Of a stretch of DNA of 64,000 bases, positions 1 to 13,300 are shown piece after piece (position 1 is the first letter of the stretch; each line of letters opens with the position of its first letter). Below the pieces are notes generated by a model, which saw nothing but the letters and a program-made list of their open reading frames with translations, did no database searches and had not been told where the DNA came from. The stretch lies in assembly GCA_002633005.1 (NCBI GenBank), contig NMRA01000494.1, positions 144,187-208,186 on the forward strand. Direction: 5' to 3'. The DNA comes from Phoronis australis. Its lineage: Eukaryota; Animalia; Phoronida. Both the position numbers and the translations under genes were made by a program.

Positions 1-463
1 ACATGAAAAAATCCAGTTTTCTGAAAAACTTAAGAAGTCAGGAAAACTTAAGTTTCTATAATTGGAAAAACTAAAGTTTTCGAAAAACTTAAGAAGTCAG
101 GAAAACTTAAGTTTTTAAAATTACAAAAACTTAAGTTTTGTGATAAACTTAAGTAATCAGAAAAACTTAAGTTTTATCAGTTTAAGAAACTTAAGTTTTC
201 ATGAAAACTTAAGTTATTACTTGAAACTTAAGTTTATTTGTGAAAACTTAAGTTTTACACCTGAGAAACTTAAGTTTTCTGAAAAACTTTACATTGTGCT
301 GAAAAACTTAAGTTTTTGGCGAAAAACTTAAGTTTTAAAAACTTAAGTTTTTCGAAAGAACTTAAGTTTTTCCTCTAAAACTTAAGTTATTTTCCAAAAA
401 CTTAAGTTTTTTCGCCAAAAACTTAAGTTTTCAGCGAAAAACTTAAGTTCATTTTTGTAAGGG
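1..463. repeat. Array of palindromic AAAACTTAAGTTTT motifs, probably the subterminal region of a foldback or MITE element
   Basis: About 20 copies of (A)AAACTTAAG(TTTT) at roughly 20-bp spacing, ending abruptly at CATTTTTGTAAGGG near 463; truncated by the window edge. Confidence 0.8.
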
Positions 464-1249
464 CTACCCTAGGGAAAATATTGGCTCCACAGAAGATTCA
501 CTAGCCAAGACATGGAAGACACAACACTAAACAAATCCAGGCCATATGCATATTGTTTGTCTGAAGACAGTTATTTCTATCGATGACACTTAAACCTAAC
601 CAAAGTGCATCATTCCTGGGCAACATCTTCTGACTGAATGTATTTTGCTACGTTATATGACTCACGAAGAAGGCTAATTCAACTGTGTGAAGTCCAGGGA
701 CAAACAGAACTTGATGGTTGTGCCCAAACCTTTGTGCAGGTAAGATGCACCTCAGTCAGGAACCGCCACAATTGACTCAGTGCAGATTTAATGATTGATC
801 CCCGAAGAGGCGAGAGAAAATGTTCATTGATTACACGGTAGTAGACAAACTCGGCACATAATCTTAGACCTCCGATAGTAACCGATCAATAATTTACATA
901 TCAGAAAATTTACAGGAAGTAATAGATCAAAAACAATTTTCGGTTTCAAATGTTCCTCAGTTAAAATGCGTCGTAAAATGATCTCGACGACTTTTGTTCA
1001 ACATAATTGATTTCGCCCCGCAATAATTTTGTATACATGATTACATGCTGATGGCAGCCAGCTTGACAGTGGTAAACATAGTGCAACGAAACGCAACATT
1101 GCATGCAATGTACCTTCTGTGCACAGTTAATTGACGGTCCAAGACTTTTCCCAACCAATCAAAAGTGTACAATGTTATCAATGAAAACTGATTCCATCAT
1201 ATACACGTGTACTCGAGAAGAAGTTAAAATTAAAGGTTTCTGCACTTAC

Positions 1250-1364
1250 GTAATCCAGCCAAGCCAGTAACAGTGTGCAATCAGGTTCTTGAAGTCCTGA
1301 TCTTTGAGGTCATTTGAAATTGTTGTCATTAGTTGGTAGTGAAGGTTTCTTGCCTCAGGGGTTC
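1250..1364 (-). CDS. Exon 11: second DED-like domain, N-terminal half
   Basis: ttattag|(G)TPEARNLHYQLMTTISNDLKDQDFKNLIAHCYWLGWI(T)|gtaagt; 115 nt, phase 1 to 2. Aligns with exon 9 (LHxxLxxxxxxxxxxQxFxxLxAxC...WI). Not in the ORF track. Confidence 0.78.
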
Positions 1365-4300
1365 CTAATAACAAAATACAATGTATAACAGCATTTGACA
1401 ACTCATTATGCTCAGTGGTGCTAATGCGGCCGTGGGGAGCGGAGGAGGCTCGTGCGCCGAATAATTTGAAGGCGTCAAGGTTTAACTATGGCAACGGATA
1501 TACAACAGCCCGGGCCTTTGGCAGTCAACAGAACAAAAACATCACAAGAAGGAGAACAGTTCACAACAATCACTGTATGGTTTATCCTTTGAATGTCCTG
1601 GTCAGGACATAGGGGGCTCGCGTTTGGCGGCATAGTTTACCTTAACACGTTTGGAAACGTGCACTTCACCATTCATAAATGTATTTTGAAAGTAGGTGAG
1701 CATTCGTGAAATACAGGTTTTGCGGAGCATAATAAATTCACAATGTTTTTAAAATCAATAACACAATTTTGCGATGGCAAAACAATATTTTTCCACGTTG
1801 GGAAGGAATAATGTAGACAACTGTCGCTCTATTTCTTTAGTTTTTCCTCCAAATCAAATATAAATTGATGACCTGATACATATACATTGTGTATTAGAGT
1901 GTATGTCTTGTTTTTGAAAGAATATGTCTTTTCTTCTTTATTGACTCACGTCTTGAAGAGGAAACACCTGGTAACAGTGAAAGTGTATTATTTTCCCCAG
2001 TCCTAGAATCTGGGCTACACGTTTTTCAACAAGGGATATTAGGACTACTACTAAAGCATTTTAACATGAACTTCTGGAGGCCTCCCTTTCAAAAATGCCT
2101 TCAAAGAATAACCCTGATGAAAAGAACTTTCCCCAAACTAGATCATAATAAACTGAGCTTTGACCCTAGTTCAAGCAAAGATTTTAATATCTTTGGTCCA
2201 AGCACAGACGGATAGGTACGAAGCTAAGCTGTTTGTCTCAGGCGTCTTTGTGTCAGTGAATCGCTACTGTGGTGACCAACGCTTAGCCTAGCTAGTTCAT
2301 TCAGTTCACACACGTGTATTTTCATACTGGCAGATCTTGGCTACAGTGACTTGAGGACTTGAGGCAGTGATACGCGTAAATATAACAATTTCGTAAAATG
2401 TCACAACTGCTAAATGTTACGTTATTGTTACAGTTCACATTGTTAGGTCTCTCCTAAAATGTAACAATTTGCCACATTGTTACACTTTTCCCAGAATGCA
2501 CATGCGAGACATGCACAGTACCATTGTAACGTTTTACAGAACAAAATAAAAATCATTTTCATGAGTGTGCATGGTATTTGTAACACAGAATAAAAACGGT
2601 TGACACACTTAACGGCTTCTTTCTCGTATTGTGTGAATAAATTATGTCTAATGTGCCAGCTCAATCTCATACATGTTTTTTTATGCGCGTTGCATTGTTT
2701 TTAACATGAAGGGTTTCTTGGTATATTGAAAATGTACCGCGTACAGTTTCAATTCCAGACGAAAAGAGTTCCCGGGGAGCATTGGCGATAATCTTTGCTA
2801 TAAAACGGTTCTATTCCTATTTGTATGGTCGGAAATTTACACAGATTACTGACAACAAACCTATTGTTGCGATTTTTTGATCCAAAAACCGACTTACAGT
2901 GTACTAATTTTAGCAGCAGAAAGAATGCAAAGATGGGCAACGTATTTGTCTGGATTCAATTACGATATCAAATTTCGTAACCGCAAATCCAACGCCAACG
3001 CAGACTGTTTATCTAGATTACACCTGAAGATTGCCAACAAGCTGAAAATGAATTTGAGCCAACACATGCTCAGATATTGCATGTCGATATTTTGCCTGTG
3101 GAAATAACCTTATAAAAAGGGAAACGCAGAATGATCCTGTTTTATCAACAGTTATGGGGTATACCGTTGATGGTTGGCCAAAGAAATAGTCAGACACTGA
3201 TGAAGTATTGAAGCCCTTTTGCTAATGGAGAAATGAGCTTAGAATAGAAAATGGATGTTTATTTTATGGATTAAGAGTAATAATACCGCCGGAATGTAGA
3301 AGTAAGGTGAGGTACAGGTTAGCCGTGGAGTGTGGAAAAGAAAAGTTGATCAATTGTTGCATAAAAGTTTCAAATGTGATATTGGTGAATCAGCTGATTG
3401 TGAGAGGGTTAAGCCTGACCATGTTGTTATTCCAATTTCAATGATGAAGTGTTACCAGATGTTAGTCTTGAAGAGTCTAACCATAACAGTGATGTATCAG
3501 TAATTGAAACTGACACTTGTAGTAAACAATTTGTGTCTGGAAATGATGACCGAGAATTTGTCGACAGTAAAATGAGACAATCGGAAGAAATAGTTGTTGA
3601 AAAAGTTACTAAGAATCCTAATGTTGAATTAAGAAGATCAACGAGGAATAGAAAACAACCTGTTAGATTTGTATATGATGACTAATATGTTAGCGTGCAT
3701 ATAATTGATATGGTGAACTCGATTAGTTTATTTTTTTGACAGGAGTCTACTCTATAATTAGTGAGGGAGAGTGTTGTGTTCTTAGTCACACAATGACAAG
3801 ATGTTTGTAGGTTGTTATTGTTTATGAGTTCAGTAGTTTAATTGGCATTATGTCATGCGATTCATAGTATAGGAAGTTTGTTATAGGTAACGCACCATAT
3901 GTTGTTGTGTAGTTGTGTGTACATATATTGTTGTGATATGTGGAATAAATCAGTTAAGTGTTCAGTTCAATCCTGTTCGTTTCACTACATGTACGTAGAT
4001 TCATTAAGTGTCTACTTTATTTGGCAAAGTAAGATACACAACTGTAGACGTCGAAACCATAAAGATAGTCAAAATAACTCACATAAAACAGTAATAACAG
4101 CGGAAAGGTCACATGAAATAGGTCAACATTACCCCTTATTCCAAGTGCATTTATTTCATGTGATAGACGTTCTACAGTATCCTTAAGAGCGTTCAGATCG
4201 AGCAGGCCCAGTATATGGATTAGTTTGCTGTACTCCCCAAGTTTAATAACGGCTTGCTTCTCGAGTTGTTCGAGGAGGTCGCGAGTGCTTGTTATACCCT

Positions 4301-7300
4301 GTAGTGTTGCTGGCCTGAAATCAAGACATTTTCATTCACTTTATTTACAGTTGAAGAATCTGCAAGCACATGCATGCATAGATAGGCCGCATGATTACAA
4401 AATCACCCCTGGATAGTTCATATTCTACTCGCCCGCAATATTCAGCCGTAAAGCTTCCCTATTCACCTTCACGGATAAGTTCACCAGCATTTAGTACTGA
4501 CCAACACTCAGGTAACTTACATGATAGAGCTGATTTATCTAGAACTTGATAATGTCAGTGGCGGATTTTGGCGTGGGAGGGGGCAAGGACCTATGGTCCC
4601 CCTGAAAATTTCCCAGATACAATTTGGCAGTTCGTGGTGCGAATTTCTGACTAGCATATGCGCGAATCCATGGGTGAGGGTCGGAGGCGAATGAATATTG
4701 CCTAAGCCATGAACAAACTGCCTAGGCTATGAACAAACCCCGTTTACCGTTTTTTTTTTTTGTAATAAGGTCCACAAACCCAAAAATTGGAGAACCCTTG
4801 CATCCTTAAATTTAGGATGGGTGCGTGCATGTGCTGAAATTTTGGTTATTCCTGCCGTGCCCTGTCCCCCCACTGAACTCAAAATCCTGGATCCGCCCCT
4901 GAATGTTATTTGGGCTATTTCTGATGGCCCAATGAAAATGACTCAAAAATTAGAAAAGGAGGGCAGAAATGGCAAATTTCCGAACTCATTTGATCAACAG
5001 GCAGAAGAAGGAAAGGGATCTTAATCCAATCTGCCCCCATGAGCTAGCCTACACACAACTTATGTACATTCAGCAACAGGTGGCGCCAGATGTCGCATGA
5101 GCGATTGACTTTGTCAATTAGTAATCTTGAGAAGATCTCCTAGCTTGTTGAGACCTGAAGCTACATGTATATTGGGAGCTCTGATGTTAAGTAGACTATT
5201 AGTTTAAGACATCATGTTTCATGCAATGGCGATAACAATGGAGGCGTGAAATATGCAGATTGACACTTCTTGTTTCCGGTGTTCATTCTGTGATGAGATT
5301 ATGGATCTCCTGGGCTTTTGAGTAAATCAACTGCAACATTTCACTTAAGGTAGACATGAGCTGTTCTTGACTGGACAGTGCAGGGCTCAACACATAGTAA
5401 ATTTGAAGTGATGTCATGGCAGTGCATGCATTCAGAAACATGCGATGTTGATTTTCTTACAGTATCCAACGTTTGCACTCTGCCTTTAGTTCTACAAAAC
5501 CCTGGCCAAGGACATTCTCAGTAACCTCCCGAAACAGCTTGTGATGAAGTTCGGTTTTCCAATCTGTGATTCCTGAGAATAAATTGACAGATCTATCAGT
5601 GGACAGTAATGATATTTTTTTCTGCAAGTTTGCACATGATCCGATGCAGTCTAAAGGTAAATGTAGATACATGTATACTGCAACTTAATTAAAAGCATAG
5701 TGTCCCAGTACTTGCTGTTGTACTGGGGACGACGAGTTGGTCTTATATTATAGAGGTCGCTACATGTCATTCTTTAAGGTGACATGATCTTCGACGAGAT
5801 GAAACTAGGGTTATTTGACACTGAGTCATTGGCCTATCAATCACTGAGTGCGTTTCAAATATACATGTGCGTCAGATGGTTACAAATTTGAGGTACACGC
5901 AGAGAACGTCTTTAATCGTGAAGAGAATATTTTCCAAGAAAACTATCAGTAATAGGCAGAGATTCCTTCACAAGAATACCAGTGAATATCACTTTGACAT
6001 TGAAAGATGTTAAAATTTCATCAAGAACGAGCACAATCTTCTCGAGTTTACAAACGAAATCTCGGATGTTAACATCACGTTAAGCAGTTTTCCAACAAAA
6101 GATCGAATACTGTCAACATGACAAGGTTATAAGTTACTGATGCAAATTTACATGTACTGCTGACAACCGGACGGTCAACATTTCTTAATCTTGAAAGTTA
6201 CAGTATTCGCTTAAATTCTATTTTTCTTTATCTTAAAATGGGTGTATCGAAATTCTCAAGCAAAGGCTTTTAGTGAATGTACATGTAGGTGTCCTTTTTG
6301 CCGCCAGGATAGCAACATCGCCAACCCACCCTTGGAGGGGAGATTACTTGCCTAACCTAGATCGGACTATATTTAGTCAAATATCTTCCTGTTCAAGTAG
6401 CTTAGTTTCCAGCAAAGTATATATTCCAGTGAATTTAATCCACCAGTCAACGCTCCAACGTCGCTGACTAATCACTTCGGTGTTCAACTTGTTTTCGAAG
6501 ATCGGCACAGTCGCATTAATATAATTCTTACTCGCACGCTATGCAAGGTCTCGTTTTCTTTCAAGAAATCTGGCTTCAATTTCAGAGTCGAGAAGTAACG
6601 ACTTCTGTTTACATGAATAACAATGTATAATGATTTCTTTTGTGATCTTGCGTTTTACAATTTATTTGACTTGATCGAGTGCAACAAGGTCTACTGCCCT
6701 CCAGATCGGTGTGCAAGCCGGAAGTCGACATCCAGAAGCAAGTGTTCCAGAAGCAGTAAAAAATAAAGCTTAGTGTGACCACCTACTTCTTTACAAATCG
6801 TCATGACGACGTACAGCACACATCACGAATTTTTGTCCGCCTGGTCGGAAATTGGTCGACGACCGGCCGTCGACCGGTCGTCTAGCCGACCAGCAGCCGA
6901 CCAACAACGGTCGGCTAGGAGCCGTCTGCTGAGTCGCCTCTGTGGTCGGCACTTGGGTCGGCTAAGTGGTCGCCTAGCGTAGACGACCAATTCGGATTAA
7001 GCGTGTCCTTGGTCGGCAATTACCATTTTATGACTTAACGGGTGAACTTTGGNNNNNNNNNNNNNNNNNNNNNNNNNNNNNNNNNNNNNNNNNNNNNNNN
7101 NNNNNNNNNNNNNNNNNNNNNNNNNNNNNNNNNNNNNNNNNNNNNNNNNNNNNNNNNNNNNNNNNNNNNNNNNNNNNNNNNNNNNNNNNNNNNNNNNNNN
7201 NNNNNNNNNNNNNNNNNNNNNNNNNNNNNNNNNNNNNNNNNNNNNNNNNNNNNNNNNNNNNNNNNNNNNNNNNNNNNNNNNNNNNNNNNNNNNNNNNNNN

Positions 7301-10300
7301 NNNNNNNNNNNNNNNNNNNNNNNNNNNNNNNNNNNNNNNNNNNNNNNNNNNNNNNNNNNNNNNNNNNNNNNNNNNNNNNNNNNNNNNNNNNNNNNNNNNN
7401 NNNNNNNNNNNNNNNNNNNNNNNNNNNNNNNNNNNNNNNNNNNNNNNNNNNNNNNNNNNNNNNNNNNNNNNNNNNNNNNNNNNNNNNNNNNNNNNNNNNN
7501 NNNNNNNNNNNNNNNNNNNNNNNNNNNNNNNNNNNNNNNNNNNNNNNNNNNNNNNNNNNNNNNNNNNNNNNNNNNNNNNNNNNNNNNNNNNNNNNNNNNN
7601 NNNNNNNNNNNNNNNNNNNNNNNNNNNNNNNNNNNNNNNNNNNNNNNNNNNNNNNNNNNNNNNNNNNNNNNNNNNNNNNNNNNNNNNNNNNNNNNNNNNN
7701 NNNNNNNNNNNNNNNNNNNNNNNNNNNNNNNNNNNNNNNNNNNNNCCACAATGGCACAAATTTGTATATTTAATTTAGTAAACAGCTTCGCACCAAGGCT
7801 AGAGCCTTCCGAGCCCTTTGGCGTAAGAACACAATACTTGGTGTTTTGCGTATACTTCAAGGGGTAAAACTTTGAAAATAATATTTTTGGGGTAACCTGG
7901 TACATGTAATCCTAAAAAAGTAATCTGTGTTTTCATGTAGAGCGTAAAAATGATTAACCCATTGATTCAAAAAGAACACTCTCGCAAACGAAAACGCACA
8001 CAATTTTCAGCTATATTACACTGGTTAAAAAACAACTTCTATAAGTTTATTGCCTCGGATTCTAGTGATCACCAGGGCAAGTCAAAACTCTTAAGGGGGC
8101 ACAATTTCAAACCTTTCGCATGAATCAGTGATATAAAAATGGAAATAGACCGACTTAAGTTCATCAGCAAAGTAGACACAACAGTTACACACACTGACTG
8201 CGTTTGTTAACGTCTTGTGGCAATAATAAAAATATTTTTTTCTACTATGATTGACAAGAAGTTTTACTCTGATGAGGTATGATGCAATATGAATGTCTAA
8301 TTTGCAGATCGGCAGTTTCAAAAATATTTACTGGGTTTAATGAATCCGTTTGTTATGAACCACTGTAAAAGTATGATTACTTATTGTACATTCGAAGCAC
8401 GCCTCATTAGAATAAAAACATACACGTGCTTGTTGATCCTGGGGGTACCTCTATTACAGGCATGGATGAAGATATATAGTTGTTAAGCTATAGAGGATAA
8501 TAAAGCTTACATAATATCACACTGAGCCATCTACACCAGGCATATACAAAGGATACAGTATTTCAAAAGAAGCCTCAACTACTCATTTTTCATAGTCATA
8601 ACTACTCATTTTTCATAGTATTACTAAATCACGAACACCTAGATTTATATAAGAAGTTACTTAGTAAGATGCTACCCAACTTGCTCTCCCACATTTATGG
8701 GAGGCCTAATTTGAAACATTTAACGACATATATTTTCTATGCAAGATTAAAACCAAGGAAAACGTGTGAGACTCTCCAGGACTAAAAATAAATATCTCAA
8801 AACCAGAAATTTTACTTAAGCAGGAATTAAAACAATCCAATACATTGAGATTGTTTTCACACAGAAGACCACAGAGCAAATAAAGACCGAAATTCACCAC
8901 GTCAAGGCTGAAAATTTATCACATCAGCACCTATAATTTATCAAGTGAGGACCGAAAATTCTTCACTACAGGATCAAAATAAAATACGACCGAACTGAAA
9001 ATTTAATAAGTCAGGTTCAAAAACTTACCGTGTCAGTAACTTTCACGCCAGAACACCACGTCACCATTCCCAAGCATGGACCTTTCAAAGTGATAATGTC
9101 CGTACTACATGTACATGTATACATATAAACAAGGGCTATATGTTCATCCTCTCGCCGACAAAAGACCTATTATCTTGGGAATGCGGTTGAATTTCTTTTG
9201 TCTAATCCACGTTTTACAACAGATGCCAGTGTATAGGTACACACTGGATTGTCACCATTGCATAATAGGTGATCACGTAGCCTCCGGGCTTGAAAACACC
9301 TCCCTCTCCTGGCGTGATAAGTTTTCTGACACAATGAATCCTGGTTGCCAATTGTTTTTGATTCTATAGAGACTTCAATTCCTGAATAGAAAATGTGTGT
9401 ACTGGATGTTTTCGCTTCAGCTTTCCATTCAGCTAACTAGTGTAGAGCACAGTGTTTTTACTATCCCGTTGCTGCTCCACTGCAACGAATCACTTCTAGT
9501 ACAACCTTCCGTAAATGATGTTCGTATTTTGCACATTCCTTCGGGGTAACAGTTTTCTAAGAGCTATATATTCATTGGACAAAAATACCAGTCTCAGGTA
9601 GTCCTTGAGCTCATGCTCTGAATGTTTTGAAAACCCAAGTCTTTCTTTACGCAGATACCGTTTTCTGCCCGTGTACACCGACTCGCTGAATTCATCAACC
9701 AAACATTTACTTTTGAAAATGCCCTCAAAAGTGTACTTTTTTAAAACACCGAAATGACCATAGTCGTCAGTATAGAAAAGCGAAATGAACAAATTTGTAC
9801 ACAGTGCTCAAAGCACTTTTGTGGACATACGGAAACACCAACGTCTCTGTCTTACAACGCTGCGTGTACTTGGCATTTCATTTCATGCTGGAAACTTTTT
9901 AAAGACTGAGCACCGTTTCAAAAAAAATAGCATTTTTTCTTACAGCTGAGAACTGAAGAATTATTCTGCGATTTTAGGACTGAAATGGAACCAAATCTCG
10001 AGTCAGTGGTGACTCATTAGAATGTGCAAAACTCGGGAAGGTGGGGGGTGGCGATATATATACAAGCATGATTTATTTATTTTTTATTTTTTATTGTAGT
10101 TGCCACTTCTCATTCTACCTAAGGTGGCCAGATCATACGCTATCAATATCACCAGTGAGACGCTTTGCTTCTCAAAAGTGCACCTTTGTGTATTTTCTAT
10201 CATTTTTTGCCATTGCAATCGCTTTACCAAAGGTTCGCGCACATATGTGAATACTTCTTCATCACGTATTCACATCTTCCCGTTCACAAATATTTTATTT

Positions 10301-13300
10301 TGCATAATTTGTCAATACGTTGTTGACAGAACATATTTTTTTGGAACAACGTGAACGACCAACTGATAGGGGACTACGTGTATACATGTACACTGCTAGC
10401 CCGGATTTTAACGTCACCGATACATGAAAACGGAATTCGCAAAGCTACAATTGCCTGCAGCCTCAACAGTGGTGATGTCACCGTCTTAGTTCGTGGAAAT
10501 CGTAACCATAATATGATTTCTAAATTAGAGCCATCGAAGTCCGTGGGTTTAGGGCATACTGGACCGTGAATTTCGCGTCTGTACTGCAAGGCTCAATACT
10601 ATGAAAATGAAATCCCCGGAGTGAGAGCTCTTCGCGGTGTAACGGACAACTCACTCACTAATCCATCATCATGAGCGCGTGATAGGAGACCGGTGACTAA
10701 CTTAAAAAACGCAAATAGATGCAGTTTGGCGTTCCACAAACAAAATCAATTGCGGGTGAAGACTGTTAAAGATAGCTGCGTTTACAAAATGACTACAGCG
10801 TTGTATTGACCGGGAAGCAACCAATCTAATACATCTTGTTAACGTCACGAGTCAAACGAGATCAAACGTAAAGAAAACTTTCACGTTTTTCATCCAAAAC
10901 TTGTTGCATTGTCCATAATCCAATGTTTACTAGTACCGCTTGCATTCAACCTTCGAATTAGTGGTGTTACACAACCGACGTGAACTCATGTAACCGAGAC
11001 AGTAAAACTAGGTTAATTTATTTGACCCTGTGCTTAGACGAATATGCATCGACACACAAAGTGGCATCAGCCTGACAACCTATTACGAAACTGCTACTCT
11101 AGCCTAAAAATAGCAGCCGACCAGCTGGTCGGCTGATGGCCGGTCGGCTGAACGGTCGGCTGGGGAGTCGCCTTATGAGTCGGCACTGCGGCCGGCTGCC
11201 GGTCGGCTAATTTTTAGCCGACCGGTCGGCTAGTTTGCCGACCGGTTGACGGCTAGTCGTCGACCAATTTCCGACCGGGCGGACAAAAATTCGTGATGTG
11301 TACTGTATCTAGAACTGCTTTATTGCCATAAATTGAGGATTTTTTCTTGGTATTTTTGCAACGCCGGTCTTACTAACGAGGAACCTCTTCCAAAACCAAA
11401 TTCCAAATGAGTGAAGCAATATATTGCAAGACCTTGCAAACGGCACTCGACTCAAAAATGAATGTTTTGCGAGTATGCACGCGCCGACAAACCTTTACTT
11501 TTTGAACAAAGATAATGTGCCTCAGTGACATATTTGAACATTCTGATATTGCCGTAGAATCAATTTAATAAAATATCTAAAATGAGTTTGGTACGACCGA
11601 TTAGTAAATGGGCTTTAAAACACACTCGCATAACTCTGGTAGTTCACTCGATTGATTTCGTTAAGTTTACACATTGCTGTGACGGGACGTTAGTAACATT
11701 ACCCTTCTTGTTATTCTTAATTAGTTGCAAATGTTCAGTTATTCTTATGCTAATGTCTTTGTTGCGTCTCAGAGAGCCTTTGTTGCATGGGCATCATGCG
11801 GGCGCGACTGTATATGTCAGTTACTTCGATAGCGACAGGCTTAGGAGAAGGGTGTTTTCTTCCTTTGGCTACATGAAATTGATCATTTACCATGTGTAAC
11901 TGAACTGAAACGTATGCCTGGTGAGGTGAAATACACATTTTTGATGTTCAGTGGAGACTTGCTCTGTTACATTGCCTTGTCTGTATAAGCCATGATGGTG
12001 AACCCATTTTACCCTATGTAAAGATTCAGTCCTCCTTACCAGGTATATCACGTGTTGGAGGTGAAACGGATCCCGTTCCTTTGGCCGAATATCCCTAAAA
12101 CCAAAATATATTGTACACAATTATGATCATAGTTATGACTTCGTTCATCATGGCTGGACCATGCACACACCGTTTCAAAAATTGTACAAGGGGATTTTCC
12201 TGTGAATGCTTATACAATGCCACTGTATACTGACTGGGTGTTGAGTAATTTTATGTAGCCTATCGAGATTAGTCCAGTGACCTAGGGTGTGCTAGGGTGA
12301 CGTAATGCGCTTCTGTATACAAAACTTTGTTCTTAATCTGGCGATTCACTTCCAAAAATGATTGGCGAACTTTTAAAGCTAAGGTGAATCCACTTTTCGC
12401 TGGAAAGTAAGAATTTGCGACATTACGTGTGACATTGACGTGTATTTCAAAGGAGAACACATGATTTTGGCTAGATTTTAGCGAGGCCCTAGCGTACAGA
12501 TGTAGATCCTAGCGTTGCTGAACTGAAGCCAACGTTTTGTATCCCGAAGTTGACAGGTTGGTCTCAACTTGTTTCGCTATCAAATAACATGGTTTCCAAG
12601 CTCGGAAAGCATCAATAATTCAACAAAGGGACTTTTTATTGCAGGTCATCCGAGGTCTCAAGCAACGAGTTCCAGCTCTTTCTAACGCCAAATACTTGTA
12701 ATTTCAACAATCTTAATGCTATCCAATCCCATTTATTCCTATTCTTTGAAAATACGGTGTCAATTTACCACACAAAGATACCGATCACAAATGGACGTTG
12801 CGTTATTTGTGGTGAAGTACGCCTATTTTACTGACAATGAATATGGTATACACCATGTAGAAGAGAAATTATTTACAAGTCGTTCAGGTAATGTCGGTGC
12901 ATACTCATCATAAAAGCCAGGAACAACGCATCCTGGAACAAATACATCGACATGTCCGCATGAAGGCACCTTTGACATGCTCCCATATTCAAACTTCACT
13001 GCATTCCTTAGGGTATAGCTACTATAAGCCAATGTGTATACAGGTCAAACTACATTGGTTTCAACTGAAGTTATAAGCACCGATGCATGAAAAGTCATAA
13101 ATATCAGAGGCCAAAATGTGTGATTCACCTCAATTGCGTTCGTAAGATCACAATAGTCGTGCATGTAACTCTCTCTGTACTTTGCAATGCACTCGTCGTG
13201 AAGTAAGCGCGCCATTTCTGAAATGAACAATTTTAATTGGTGTGCAAGTATTGGAAATGAGTCTTGCACTCACAGTTGGCATCAGTATACCACAGTCATA

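Noticed and set aside
1-463. CRISPR-like repeat-spacer appearance
   Set aside because: The repeat is only about 14 bp, spacers are about 5-10 bp and AT-rich, the context is a eukaryotic intron, and no cas genes are present.
480-1240. Second half of DED2 expected here
   Set aside because: No open phase-2 exon with a DED helix 3-6 pattern was found; it probably lies left of the window.
6997-7905. Long ORFs of 240-302 aa in the ORF track
   Set aside because: Artefacts of translating the N gap.
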